From assembly GCA_903813345.2 (NCBI GenBank), contig CAIIXF020000001.1, forward strand, positions 5,084,001 to 5,148,000: 64,000 nt of DNA, given 5' to 3'. Positions within the stretch are counted from its first letter, which is position 1; every line of letters starts with the position of its first letter. The translations under genes and the position numbers were made by a program. Below are positions 48,201 to 62,341 of this stretch, in pieces. The notes under the pieces were generated by a model. That model was not told the DNA's origin. It was given only the letters and a program-made list of their open reading frames with translations, and made no database searches. This DNA comes from Owenia fusiformis. Lineage: Eukaryota.

Positions 48201-51200
48201 ATTCCAATTTTGATGAAAACGGATTGTTTCATTTTAGACTTAATTTAGTAAGACAGAAATATGTTGTTTTGCATGTATACAGGGTGTCCTGAAAGTATGC
48301 CCCCCCCCCCCCTAAGCAGACATATACCAGTGTCGTCATAGTATGTGTCATATATCATTTTAAAGCTTATCCAAAGTTACATTGATTCACCAAGTATCAT
48401 GGTTCAACTCTCAAATGTGAAAAAATTACAGGCATTTCAAAATTTAGTGTTTGGTCAAAATAAAGTTCAATTTTACGCCAAATCAATAATCAATGTGTCC
48501 TCCTGGGCCATCTTAACAGCAGCAATTCTTTTCGAGTCGGATGGATATTGAGTTGGAAAAAGAGAATGGTGAGGGTAGAAACTCTAAGGAAACTCTTCTA
48601 AAGTGCCTTAACAGGTTTTAAGAGTCATATCTGAAAATAATTGCTGCTGTCAACATGGCCAAGGGGGGACTCATTGACTAGTAATGTGGTGTAAAATTGA
48701 ACTTTATTTTGACAAAACACTAACTTTTAAAATGACTGTAACTTTTTCCCATTTGGGAGTTAAACCATGATATTTGGAAAATCAATGTAACTTTGAATAA
48801 GCTTTAAAATGATATATGGCACATCCTATGTGGACACCGGAATATGTCTGCCTAGGGGGGCCGCATACTTTCGGGACACCCTGTAATAGTACTATAAGCA
48901 AATACCCCCAACCTTTGGTCAATGTTAAATTGATCATCAAAGTGTAGATTGAATGTTGATAATTATCATGAATATTTACCCCTTCTATAACAATGTCAAT
49001 ATTTCATTAATATGGTATTAATTCTTCGATACAATACCTGGTCTGTACTAAATGTTCCGTTCAGTGCTCCGAAAGCAAAATTTTTGTGAGTTTTTTTGTT
49101 CAAATCGTAATATAGACCTAAATTCAGGTACATGTATTATATCAAGTAATAAATAACTTAGGGCTAGGCACAAAAGCTTTTAAGCCCATTTCAAACCCAG
49201 AAATCATTTTTGCTTAGCGCTGTGGTATTTATTTGTTGATATAATACCTGCTCATCGGTCTATACTTCTTAAATATATTCAAAATAATATGCAACATACC
49301 TTATCATCATCTATTGTTTTATTTATGTAGTAGTCCCTTTGGAGATCCAGTCCTCCCTGTTCAACCTGGAGAATAGTATAAAACATGATGAAAATATGTA
49401 TAAGGGTTATGAACTGGGAGGTTTTGGATATAAGGTTCCTAAATGAGATGTTGATATGTCCCAAGGGATAATCTTCATCAAAATCAACTGTACATAACTG
49501 ATACTATATCATACTTGAATGGGGGTTACCATCTTTCAAAAATAACAAGATAATGTTTTTGTCCTTTTATGATATAACATGTACTTATATTTAACATTCT
49601 CTTTTATTCAATGCATTGAAACCGTGTTGTAAATACAAAATATCACATCATTTTGAGTGATATCATTTTAATCGCCGAGTTGATATCAAATATCAACACG
49701 AGTGAGCGAAGCGAATGAGTGTTGATATTTGATATCTACGAGGCGATAAAATGATATCACGAGAAATTATGTGATATTGGGTTTATCCCATGACTACAAT
49801 CACTTTGTGATGTTCTGATCCAATTTCCAGGACACTGGCAGACCTATTTTCTCAAAAGAGAATAAATTATCTGACCAAATTTCCAACAATATTGTGGCGC
49901 GAAATGCAAATGTGATATCACACGAATATGCGTGAGATAAACGATATCACACGCATATGAGTTTGATAAACGATTTTCTGGAAAATTTCACACGGATTTC
50001 AATAATATCAGAAATATCAATAGCTGTTATTGTACAGATAACACATTAATCGTGGGATAATATTAAATATTGTCTCATCCAACAATTCATTGCTAAGAGC
50101 ATTAAATGTCATTTGTAAATGTCAGACAAATATCATGGAGTTCTATCAATCAGAATTAAATTCATTAATGATAACACATAACCAATAATATAATTGCACA
50201 TAACAAATAATCATTGCTTTCTAGCATGTTAAGGAATATAAATTCCATCTTCTACAAAGTCTAAGGGAATTGCCATATGACGCTAAATAATCACAAGACA
50301 AATATTTGTAAATACGTACATAAATATTTAAAAAATAATGAAAATGAAACAGAAAAATTCCATACAATTTAATCTAAATTGTTCTTTTACATTTTTCAAG
50401 ATTTAATTGATGCTCACAACATTTTTTCGGAACAATTTTGGACCAAATCAACATAATATATATTTTTGCAGGATAATAACTAATAATTAATCCCAAAAAC
50501 ATGTATAGAAGTTCTAATGAAAAAAAACTGTAAAATCTGCTTCTGAGCATAACTTGAGTCTTAAATTTCCTTTGACATTCTAGTAGAATATGAAATGCAG
50601 GATGAACAACATTAAAGAAATCTACCTGTAAAATATTTCTGGAGGAATTTTTATCATCGCCTCCCACCCCTCCTGCGAACAATGTTGCATGGTTAAATCT
50701 GTGGATCTTCGTTAAGAGATCTTGAAAGTTCCAGTTTGATGGATCAAATGGACCAGCTCTGTCGCTTATGCTCCAACCTCCAAGCTTGTCTCTTATAAAA
50801 TTTAATAGAGGTTGGGCACCAAGTTCTTGGATAGTCTCATTTTTGTCAAGGCAGGATTCATAGTACATTTTTGCTTTACGTTCTGCTTCACATTTCATAT
50901 CAGACATAGGTTTTTCTGAAAGTACACGCATTGGTTTTCCATAAGATATGATCTTTGTCTGGAGAAATTCAAGTTGCAATTTGCACATACATGAGTAAAA
51001 TTGGCTAAAGTGAGGAATGTCCATAACAGTAAAATCTGTCTAACCAAAACACTACTTGGACCAGCTACAAGTGTTCAGATTGGCATTTTTCATAGAAGTC
51101 TATGACAAATTACAAGGCTGTTCTATTACCTACTATGAATAACATTAGAAATCACCTATTTCATTTTTCATGACGAGTTGGTTCTGCTTCCATAGAACTC

Positions 51201-53700
51201 CAAATGTGCCCCAAGTTGAGTAGCCCTGAGGCATAGGGTGGTACTTGATCCAGCCTCCGCACGTGTACTGATAAAAATCCTCACAGGGGTCGACACTTCG
51301 GTCCATTGAGTTCACTAACGCACTGGCTGCTGTGATGCAAGCAGGAGTCAGACAGTATTCTGAAATGGTTTAAAAATTCAAATATTCAAAGTGTTTCTCA
51401 GCTTTGAGTATTTCGATGTATTAATTCAAGGTATATGCACTGCAGTTAGAGTCATCCAGCTGTGGAACAGTGATATTGTCAACTGAATAAAAATATTATT
51501 TTACAGTACATTTTGGTTTCATGAGTGAACTGAGCAGTGCCATTATTGGTAAAAGAGTGACATCATCACAGTGCATTGTGATTTCATAAAGAACTGGACA
51601 ATAATGGAGTGAAAGTATATTTGAATTGCAACAAAGAACCTGTATTATTCTTAAGTGAGTTTTGAAGCATTCATGCATCTACTAACCCATCCTGATAATG
51701 CATTCAGGCTCCACCATCATGCAATGTATATTGGTTAGTAAATGCACCCTTGCTTTTCAATTTCCAATAAACAATGATAAATGATTCTTTATTCCTTAGA
51801 TAAAGCACCTAGAATACTAAGTGATTTAAAATGTTCAACCGCAACCTTTCTCATGTTAGCAAGTTGAAGGATGAAAAATTTAGAAAGGTAAAGGGCATAT
51901 TTTGTGAAAAAAGATTATGTATTTCTAAGTCTGCACTATACTGATGAAAAATTATTAAAAATGATTGAAAAGTGTCTAAACTGCAAGTTTACAATTCTTA
52001 TGAAGCACTACAATCCCTGAAGATTCCTGGATAATTATCATACATGTAAGCCTATAGACAGGTATAGCAGAAATACATCTACACCATACACCTAAAACAT
52101 ACCTTATAAATATGGCTTACATCTTTAGACCAAATGTATACCTGTTTTGAGTAATACTGAGCCTTATAACAAATCCTAACCTCAATTTCATTATATACCT
52201 GGCATAAAGAAGTATGGATCAAAGGTTTGCATCAAAAATAATTAAATCTACCTGCAGCATATAGACCAAACGTATCTATGCCTAAAATAAAAACTAGTAC
52301 CGTGGGTACTGGGCTCACATGGTATTGCTCAAAAGTGAAAATAAAAATATGGATATAATTTTTTTGCAGATTTTTTGAGACAAATTGTTTCATATAACTA
52401 CTCTTTACAAAGACATGGCTTTTTACAATGCAGGACACCTGAACTTATTTGTAAAGCTAGGAAATGGGCCAAAAGTGAATTTCCCGAGATAAAAATGGTG
52501 GCCATTTTGAAAAAAAGGCGAGATTTTGAAGCAGGAGTCACAGTTTTTTTTCTTTATTGATGTTGAACAAAAATATTTTGAATCGGGAATCCTACCTACA
52601 GAGGATTTAAAAAGAGCCAAATGTTGACAGAAAGAGGTTTTATAACTTGCCACTATTTTGGACTGAGAGACAGATGGAAAAATCAGTGTTAACTAAAATG
52701 GCTGAAAATAAAAAAAAACTGATATAATATTTTGCCAGTTTTTTGTAACAAAATTATTTGATACAACTACTCTTTACAGTGACATGGCATTTTACAATGC
52801 AGGATAGCTGAAATTATTTGTAAAGCTAGGAAATGGGCCAAAAGTGAATTTCGCGAGACGAAAATGGCGACCATTATGAAAATAGGCGAGCTTTTGAACC
52901 AGGAGTCATAGGGGAGTTTTCTGTATTGATGTTGAACAGAAATAACTTAAAACAGGAATCCTATCGAGTGAGGTTTTAAAACGTGCCACTGTTGTTGAAA
53001 GAAAAGTGGATTTCGCGAGTCAGATAGACAAATCAATGTTAACTAAAATGGCTAAAAATAAAAAAATGGATATAATTTTTCGCTGATTTTTTGTAACAAA
53101 ATTATTTCATATATCTACTCTTTACATTGACATGGATTTTTACAATGTAGGACACCTGAAATTATTTGTAAAGCTAGAAAATGGGTCAAAAGTGAATTTC
53201 GCGAGACAAAAATGGTGGCCATTTTGAAAATAGGTGACCTTTTGAACCAGGAGTCATAGGGGAGTTTTCTGTATTGATGTTGAACAGAAATAACTTAAAA
53301 CAGGAATCCTATCGACAGAGGTTTTAAAATGTTCCACTATCGTTGATGGACAGACGGACGGACGGACAGACGGACAGACGGACGGACAGACAGACGGACA
53401 AGTGAGCGATTGCAAAAGCTCACCATGTGAGCTAAAAACTCTTAACATACCTTTTTTGCTAGTAAGTTGTTGTATTTTGTCATGTTTGGTCGCTAAAATG
53501 ATAGCCAAGATCACCACAATCAGAGTCAGCGCAAGGAGTAAGATGGCAAACAGTCGTTCAAGTATGGTACGATCTTGCCACATACTTGTCCCTACTTTGA
53601 ATACAATCTCAGGGTTGTATGTAACCCCAGGGGGTGTCCCTCCCTCCGATGAGCCCTCATCATCAACAAAGTTAGTGCGCTTGTATTTCTGGCTCGACAT
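39236..53700 (-). CDS. ECE: Endothelin-converting enzyme-like / neprilysin-family (M13) zinc metallopeptidase, type II membrane protein, about 769 aa
   Basis: 18 GT-AG, phase-consistent exons: 53700-53451, 51359-51156, 50915-50626, 49365-49300, 47880-47764, 45769-45683, 45440-45292, 44661-44558, 44308-44190, 43829-43731, 43219-43142, 42159-42056, 41824-41714, 41354-41287, 40773-40583, 40236-40141, 39771-39695, 39335-39236 (2310 nt). Motifs: MSSQKYKR cytosolic tail, transmembrane helix, [42 protein letters not shown] and terminal CEVW. Confidence 0.95.
40835..40878. repeat. (TTTG)n microsatellite
   Basis: Directly visible in an ECE intron. Confidence 0.9.
45799..47579. mobile_element. Non-autonomous hAT-like element with internal ~300-340-bp tandem repeats and poly-C tracts
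   Basis: Ends CAGGGCCGTCAGA / TCTTACGGGCCTG, 5-bp flanking duplication ATAAG; the unit tgactcataca..tgaaa.tgcccagaaagcaccaaatagc recurs at about 45919, 46258, 46573, 46853 and partially 47301. Confidence 0.8.
48280..48883. mobile_element. Tc1/mariner-type fold-back MITE
   Basis: TA|CAGGGTGTCCTGAAAGTATGC ... GCATACTTTCGGGACACCCTG|TA, with arms complementary over about 250 bp. Confidence 0.9.
49637..50060. repeat. Repeat with a long hairpin plus a second inverted-repeat pair
   Basis: gatatcaaatatcaacac-gagtgagcgaagcgaatga-gtgttgatatttgatatc hairpin; ttatcccatga ... tcgtgggataa pair. Confidence 0.65.
52289..53438. mobile_element. Helentron/HINE (DINE-1-like) element carrying three ~350-bp tandem units
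   Basis: 5' hairpin agtacc-gtg-ggtact, units at about 52338, 52705 and 53054, (GACA/GACG)n microsatellite at 53348-53400, 3' stem-loop agctcac-cat-gtgagct followed by an A-run; no TSD. Confidence 0.75.
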
Positions 53701-56579
53701 CTAGAAAAGAATTTCAGTTTTTTTAACATTTCAAGTACATGAGGTAGGGTATGGGGAAGAGGTAAATCACAGGGACTACTTCATTGTTAAACGTATTTGA
53801 GTTTTCACTGCATTAATGGTTTGAGGATAGAGAAAGCCTGCTTTTTTGTTTTAACTGTGTTACTCCTTTCATCCACCTTTGAATAAAATGAATTCCAGTT
53901 TATCACATTAAGACAGCAATCTTAAGTCAGAGCTGACAAAAATAAATACATAAATGTATATGTTTCATGTGCTATGCATAATATCAGGCTTAGCAATATT
54001 TAACAGGTGCTAACTGTGCTAAACAGATATGCTAATGATATCTTTAATTTTAACTTCAGTCTAAACTAGTACAGTACTATGTAACTCTGTGTTTTTGGAA
54101 TAAATTCTTTTGAATATCATCAATACTGACATAAAACATATTTGATGAAAACGTACATATCAAACTGACTGATTGATTAAGTCTATTGTTATTATTCATT
54201 TTTTTCATTTGCCAATTCAAGCCAAAATCAATAAATCTGCTTAAAGTGTGTGATAAATAAACCTATATATAGCAACTAGTTATTGTTAACACATTGATTT
54301 TTTATATAGTAAAGTACACTTTCAGTTGCCGCATTATTTCATTCATAATATGATGGCATGAGTCTGGCATAAATACCAACCTACATGTATATTTGATTAA
54401 TTCGTTTAAATAATTTTTGGTAATGTTTATTTTTATATGTACAGTATATATGACATTGGATTCCACTTATTTGACAAATACTAGTCAGTTACAAAAATAC
54501 AAATGCCAGTATACAACATCACCTGTAATAGACCTTCCTCATCTTGAATGGAGTCATATTGTACCATGATACTTAATAGATTGGGTCCAACTGTGCTGTT
54601 TTGGAGTTTCAATAAACAAATTAATTGAACTTCCTTTTCAGAATAATTCTAGTTCAGGCAGATTGATTTCTGCAACTGCCATTACATTAGTTATTTATTT
54701 TGACCAAATTCTTCTTCCTCAGCTACAATGCCATTTCAAATTTCCATCAATGTCAAAATATAGCTCAAAACGTGGGTTTTTACAATGTTTTCAATTTCCT
54801 TCTTCCTAGTTCAATGATATTTTTTTTACTTTATTTCATCATTTTTTGATTACTCTAACAGATTTTGAGACACCAGCATTAATAACATAAAGATCAATAC
54901 GGTCACTATTGTTTTACGAATTTTATCAGTAATAAAAATTTAAGAAGATTCAGAATCTGAAATCAGAATTGAAATGCAACTTCTGGTTAAACTTTCAATG
55001 ACATTTTTACACAAACATAAGAAATCTGAAAAAATCTAAAAGATATCACAGTGAAATATTTGCTATATATCTTTAAATACATTCAATTTGCATGAAGAAC
55101 AAAAGTAGAAATATCTCAAGATTCCAACTAACTCTCACATTTCAGTGGACATTTTGGACTTCCCAAAGTGTAAAGAAACCATCATTTCAGGGCTCATGAT
55201 CTGTAGCAATTTAAGACAAATTGAGAACTATATTTTTACAATAATTAATAATTAAAGATTGATAATTCCTGAGTTATATTCTACAATTCCTCACCTTTTA
55301 AAGGTAACAGGTAGAATTATCAAAATCTTAATTTTGAGTTAAAAATAGATCAGAATCAATTAATAAAGAAAAATCGTTAACATTTAAATTCTATATTATA
55401 TCAAATTAAAAAGAGCTAAAGAAAGTCTGATGTCTAAAATCTGGAAATCGTCTAAATTTCAACTTGTTTAATTTCACCTATCCAGATAACTAATTGCCTC
55501 AAAGCTTCCTAGTTATCTTTCCCAAGTCTGTTAGAATCATTCTTTCAAGCCTCATTTGCAGCCAATCTTTTGCTGACGTGTGTACAGTTAAGATATGTTT
55601 CATCTTTGATAAATCGCACTGTTATATTGACTCTTATGATAAGACTGGTGTATCCTAATTGGTACATGTAATATTTGCTGAAATATCCTGTATCATTGAT
55701 CACATCAAATATTTCCTCCTTTAATTATGATTTAATTCCATTTCATTTCATTATCAAAAAACATAACTCTGTGTGTGATGATACTCTAGTGATGATTTTC
55801 TTTACTTCAATACATTTTACTAGGCTACTGTAATCAGGTTGGAATATTTCTAGAAATATTTCTAACCATTCTTTCTTGATATTTATCATGCCTGAGCCAG
55901 GGGACAACAGTTAATACCAGGAACGAGTTAATCTCATAGACGTTCTACCAAGGGACGTTACTTTTATTTCTTTTGCAACAAGAGCATAGCATTTTAAGCT
56001 ATAATCATAACACATTGGTTAAAATGGTTTCTTATTATACCACAAGTACATGCAAAAATAATATGAAAATACAATTTGAGAGATGTAAATCAGAATTGTG
56101 GATATATGTGTAATGACTGCATCTTTAAAATTGTTTGATTAGTTTGATAAGGAAAATATATCTAACAAGGAAATGTTTGAAATGTTTATTATTCTGCAAT
56201 ACAAATAGCTAGATAAGGGAGAATTTGAAGCCATGCAATTAAAGGTAACATATTGAAAAAAAACTAAAAAAACTAAAATTGCCATAATTTTGATAAGCCA
56301 ATCCTTAAATACTATGGTGTGTAAACATAACATGAAATAACATAATAACAATATTAAGCTGTACATTGCCTCAGCAATAGCTGTTTATGTTAAACATGTT
56401 TTGATTATTTTGATAATAAAACCTTTAAACCTAAAATATGTTTATCAAGGTGGCACACCTTAATTACAATGCAATAACATACACAGTAACATACAAGAAA
56501 TGAAAGATTTAAATCTGCTTAAAAATCGATATTATTTAACTTATTTAACTTCATGAGCAGAACTAAAACACACATTATG

Positions 56580-56926
56580 CAAAGGGGGAGGGAAATTACT
56601 GCAACAGATTTTGGACAGTCATATGTTGGATTTTGGCCATTTTCTGAGAATTTAAACAATTGCATATGTTAGGCCAATGCATTACCTCCAGGAAAATCAC
56701 TTCTAGAGATGATAAAATAATTTCGACTTTGAGACAGGGTAGATGCAAACAACCCACCCACATGTTTCTTCTGAAATGTTTTCCTAATTTTCGACCCCTT
56801 CCATCCCTGCTTTTTTAATTTTTCTTGCATCCGCCTAACATATGCACCTGTTTAAATCCCCAGGAAATGGCCAAAATCAAACATATGACTGTCCAAAATC
56901 TGTTGCGCTAACTTCCCTCCTCTTTG
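56580..56926. mobile_element. MITE with about 100-bp TIRs
   Basis: gcaacagattttggacagtcatatgtt pairs with aacatatgactgtccaaaatctgttgc; ends caaagggggagggaa / ttccctcctctttg. Confidence 0.85.
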
Positions 56927-58140
56927 TGTCAAATAGTGTTGCCTAGCGGCTGTTGTTTTTTATATTAACTATGCTAGTCTTCTGCTATTATGTATCACAA
57001 AAAAGAGAGAGAGACGAGCATGAAGACAGCAAAATTCACAAGTAACATTTTTACAGATGTAAAGTATTTAAGGCATCACATTTTTCCCAACTCTAACATA
57101 ATGGTTCATCCCAAGAAGCTGCCATGACGTATTCATCACAATTCATTATTCACTGAGCCCATTCTTTGAAAAGCTCAGTGGGAAACTGCTCTACCACCAA
57201 GGGATTTGCTTTTACTTTTTCTTGAGTTAGTCGAGCTTAATTTGCATGTAGATGTCACAAAGGTTTAGCAATAGATCTTTCCCTAATGAAAAAGAATGAG
57301 CATAAAAGTATCATATTTCTAAAGTGAAGTAATAAAGGTGAGCGTAAAGGTGCTCCCTGAGAAATTCTAAGCGTGTTATTAACCAAAAAACAGCAACTCC
57401 ACAGAGAAGCAAATCCCACAGAACAAAACATTTTTTATTAAATCCCCAGTCATTTTGGACATTACAAGATTGAAATAAAGCTGATATGATAAATATAAAT
57501 AAAAAATAATAATATGAAATTTATATAACATTTGAACCAAATCCTTCTTCAACTGGTACATGTATTTGACCTATTTGGCCATTTTGAATTGAGTAGACAT
57601 ATTGGAAATTCATTCTAGAGCAGAGGTCATTTAGCTTATAAAACTTGGAACAAATCCTATATCTGGTATTGAAATTATCAAAAACTGCATTTTTTGATGA
57701 AAAAATGGTAGCCATTTTGATTGAGTAGTAACCTTAAAAAGTCTTTCTTGGAGATTCTTATGTCCCTTAGGCATTACCATATAAAATTTGAACCAATCTG
57801 TCAACTGGTATAAGATTAGATTTTTTATGAAAAATGGTGGCCATTTTTAATTGAGCTGCCATATTGAAAATTCCTTCTCAAGCAGATGTCCTACACCCAT
57901 TTAAGCCTATCAAATTTGAACCAAATGGACGGTTTCTCTATATCCCTACCAACTTCGTTCATTTTACACTGAGAAAAACAACAGAAACATTGATACATGA
58001 CATTACAGACTTGACAGTGGCATATATTTGTCGGTATATATGACACTAAGATCACATGAAGCATGGATACCAATTAAATATTAAAATGAAAGAGAGCATG
58101 AAGATAAACTGTAAACATAGATACTCACATCCGAACTCAC

Positions 58141-58171
58141 CTCTCGAAGGGGTATGGCTTTCATTTACAAC
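58141..58171 (-). CDS. Candidate upstream ECE micro-exon encoding MKAIPLRE
   Basis: atttttcag acceptor, ATG at 58164, GAG|gtgagt phase-0 donor; compatible with the ttctag|ATG acceptor at 53700. Confidence 0.55.
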
Positions 58172-58563
58172 CTGAAAAATAAAATATAACAAGTCAGTTT
58201 AATAATAGATATGACAAGATATGATTGTATTGAATAGCAAACAAAAGTTTTAAATCTTCCATTTTGATGTCTCCTATTTTACTTAAATTCTAATATCTAA
58301 CAATAAGTGGAATGATGTCTTAAGAAATGGTTGGTTTTTTGAATTAGTCACAACTTGATATATCGCTTGGATTTGTACTAAAATTGAACATTTTCTGTTG
58401 ACCTTAGTTATTGGTAACAGATTTTACTTCCCACAATTTAGCATACTTAATAATATCTTGGATATCAAATACTTTGATTCATAATTCATAAGTAATTATT
58501 TCATCAATATAGACTAATATCGTTTTATCACATATTTCAAATAGGACTGGTAAATCTATTTAG

Positions 58564-58778
58564 CATGATCTCCTTAGGATTTTTTTATCAAGTGGGTGCA
58601 AACTTCTTATTTTCACAATTCAGACCAAAATTTGTCAAAACATGCCCATTTTTCATTAATTTTTCTCATTTTCAAGTACATGTAGGTGCTAATAAATTTT
58701 CAGGTTGGTGCAAATCTGTTTATAAATCTCAGGAAGGTGCTGCTACACCCACTTACTTTAATGCTGGGGAGATCACTG
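58564..58778. mobile_element. Small degenerate hAT-like MITE
   Basis: Ends ca-tgatctcc / ggagatcactg; flanks ctatttag / ctattaga. Confidence 0.45.
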
Positions 58779-61042
58779 CTATTAGAATCAGATGTACATG
58801 TAACAATGTTACAATATCGTTTTTAATTTTTGGTACATGTATGTTAGAGACAACTGAACTCCATATATTTATAGAAGATGTGTTCCCAGTTTTCCAAAAT
58901 TTTGAATTCCACAAATGCAAAAACCTTGAAATGTGACTACCTCCTAATTGGAAGACTTTAGCTCTTGCCAAAACCATTCAGATTTTAATTTACTCCAGGT
59001 TCACTAAACTAGTACATGCCAAGTACAATTCTTAACATAATTGTTCAAACATTTGTGCCTGTTGTTACATTGATCAAATCGTCTTTAGTGTACAATTTCC
59101 TTTCTTTGTTGCTCACATTCTTTAAGATAATTGAATTCTCAACACAATGCTAATCGATACTTGTACTTGCAAGGGTATACAATGTAATGATCAAGACACC
59201 TACTGCATATTACGCAACTAACAGGTAGAGCATCTCTGGAAATCCATATGGAAAGTGTACAACTTGTCAACACATTGTCTCTTAAAAGAAATCTGTTCCA
59301 AATTGGAGAATTGACAGGAAATAGGCTTAAGGTCTGATAAAACAATAATGGGCTTATTAGTCTTTTGTAGATTATTGACATAGACATAGAGTCTGATAAA
59401 ATGAGGCCTTGTATGGTTTGAAAGAACTGCAATGCATGCTGCATGTACTGTATCATTTTGTCTTTTAGGGGAGATCCAGGTCCTCTGTCTTGTCAGAGTA
59501 GTTTTATGTTCCTGACAAAGTACAACAAGGCTGCCATTACGTATTTTTCAAATCAAAATTCCCTACAACTTTTGATTCAAGCATGAAATTTCCATGCATA
59601 TTTATGTTGTTTTTAATCAACAAAAATCCAGGGTTAAGACACAAGTTACAGGTTCAATGGCTGCATGGACTGTAGATTTTAATAGTTTTCATTTTCTCTC
59701 ATTTCATGTATTTTTCTGTTGGACTTGAAAAAAGGCATGATATGGAATGGTTGGAGCAAAATACAAATGCATGTACTAGTATACTGTAAAATATATTTCA
59801 TAGTAACACGTCACTTTCAAAAGTTACTCTTTGCTCATCTCTATCCCTTTTACTCCTTTCAAGTTACATTATACAGTAGTGTATGAACTGCATGAAGATA
59901 GAATGACCTGTTAACCAGCCATCTGTAATGAGATCAATTCTGTAGAGGTATCTTGGAAAGCTATAATCTCCATAGATTGATGACCAAGTAAAAGACCGTA
60001 TTGTAGTTATAGCCACAAAATCAATAGCCTTCCACTTCTAATTTGATATGGCTTCAGATTACTCTAATTTATTCCCAGCATCAAGTAGAACAGCAAGCCA
60101 TAATATGAAGCAATTGTATTTCATTTGCATCTGACAATACTTATAGGGAAATTGTAAAATTGTATGCAAGGAATGAATCTCTAAGAGCTCAATTTACCAC
60201 TCATCTCCCTTGAATTAGAGGAGCTACATGTACTTGGTGCTTCCAATGATGAAGAGAAAGAACATTTCTTTACTTCATCCTAAGTCCTCAATGTTGAAAA
60301 TCTGGAAATAACATGCACCCTGTTAAAAATTTGTTTGCCCCTGCCCCCAAAATGGTGTAACACTGAGGCATTTTAACCAAAACAGGGAGAATTAAGATTT
60401 AGCGCCATTTTGTGAAAAAATCCTGGGGAGATACTTATTTGCTTCGCTGTAATCAAAAAATAAATGAAACTGTATCGACTGAAATCATTGATCTAGCAAT
60501 TATTTTTGTTACTTTGCTGCTTCATCTCGACAAAAATTGTTCCAATTTTAGAATATTCTAGGCTCATATCATTCCTTTGAATCTTAAATAACTTCATTAA
60601 TTGATCACTGATCTTCTGGGAGATATTATATTTGAGCTGGTAAGGAACACATTGGTAGATCAATTGTACATATTGCTTGCAATTTTGTCACTCCCTATGC
60701 ATGTAGATCTGATTCTGCCTTTAATCTACCAGTAACGCCTAAAAAGACTGACTTTTTGGGCACAAATTTTTCACTTCACAAACAAGCAAGCAAATGAAAA
60801 TATCTTTACCAATGTCAATTTTTTCTGAATTAATACACCATCAAAAACTGTACATACAGTTTTCGAACCAAAGGTACTGAGCAAGCCCTAAAACCTGTGC
60901 AACACTATGGGTTTGGTTTACCATTGGAGCCTTAGTAAAGTAGCTCTTAAATTAATTTATTGTTAAAATCTTGGCCCACTTCTTTTTTCATGGCCTGACT
61001 CATACGATTTATCAGATTAATATTGATACTACCCATTGGTAC

Positions 61043-61310
61043 CAGCCGTGGATCCAGGATTTTGAGTTAGGGAGGGGGTGCTTGATAATGGCTATGAGGG
61101 AAGCTTACCATGACAAGTGAGCGCAGCGAAAAGGGCCAGAAGTGGGGAATCTGGGAGGGCTCTCTCCACAGAAAATGAAAATTGAACATCATTCGGTGCA
61201 TTCTGAGAAATTTCAGAGCACAATCCTGCACATAAAATTATTACTTTGTAAAGAAGAAGTTGGTTTGGTTGAGAAGGGACGCATCCCCCTCCCCCTTCAA
61301 TCTGCCATTG
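61043..61310. mobile_element. hAT-like MITE with a 5-bp TSD
   Basis: GGTAC|cagccgtggatccagg ... tcaatctgccattg|GGTAC; a degenerate CAGTGGCGGAT-type TIR. Confidence 0.65.
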
Positions 61311-62341
61311 GGTACCCAAATAAATAAATAATATCCCTGGTCATCATTTGTTTATAATCTGTGCTTGTTAAGGGATACTTACCTAACATTCTTTCAGTGT
61401 AACATTCTTCTGTGTTGCTACATGTACATGCAACATTTTTCTGTTTTAAACGATGGAATAATTTTTCAACATTTTAGTCCGTTAGATCTACCGCTAACAT
61501 GTTCTTTTGCGAAAATACATTACAATTTAAAAAGTAGGCTTAATATTTGATAGCTCGTATTATATTTTTTTCAAATGAATTCTGGAAAAAAGTGGAAGGA
61601 TGACTCAATTTATTTCAATTGAATGCTCCTCCGATGTCTGGGAACATGATGAGCATATTGCCAGGGAAAAATATACGAAAAAACGTTCACAGACTACCAA
61701 ATTAAAAACTAAACCTCCCTATTTTCGAACAAAAATACTCATTTACAAAATTACAAAAAAACGGTGAAATCTGTTAGTATTTTATGATTTCTCTAAACGA
61801 ATACTTGACTAAGGTGTGAGATCTATTAAAAAGTCACAATGCTACCAACGTTACATAGGAATCTTATCTTTCGCACCCAACGCACCCCCCTTTCTGATGC
61901 CCATGGGAAGTTCTCCATTACAGATTCATGTTCGGCATCTTGAGTCAGATAAAAACTGCAGCATTCATCCTCGGTAATGTCATTATTCACTGAATTACAA
62001 CTGGCTATAAATTCCCAATTTGTAACAATGATATCCTTCAAATCGTGCCTATTTACTCACAACAGATGGAGCACGAATCCAATTCTAAATTTTGTGCAAC
62101 ATCTTCACTTTGGTACATTATCTGTCTAATAAAGCCTGCAGTTTGAGGTTACAAAAACACAATTCTCCCAGCATGCCTAAAACATGTATATGCCAACAAG
62201 GCAACATTTTACCCTTTTTTCTTTATACAAAAATCTTTACGCACTTCTGGTAAATCATACCCTTTGCATTCGTTTGACTTCACTTCTTAAAAGAGAGCTT
62301 GGTCTTCACTCTTTCAAACTAAAATAAACCTGTGAACTCAC

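Noticed and set aside
61826-62041. 71-aa ORF as an alternative ECE first exon
   Set aside because: TTG start with an in-frame stop shortly upstream and no convincing phase-0 donor; it cannot be excluded without RNA data.
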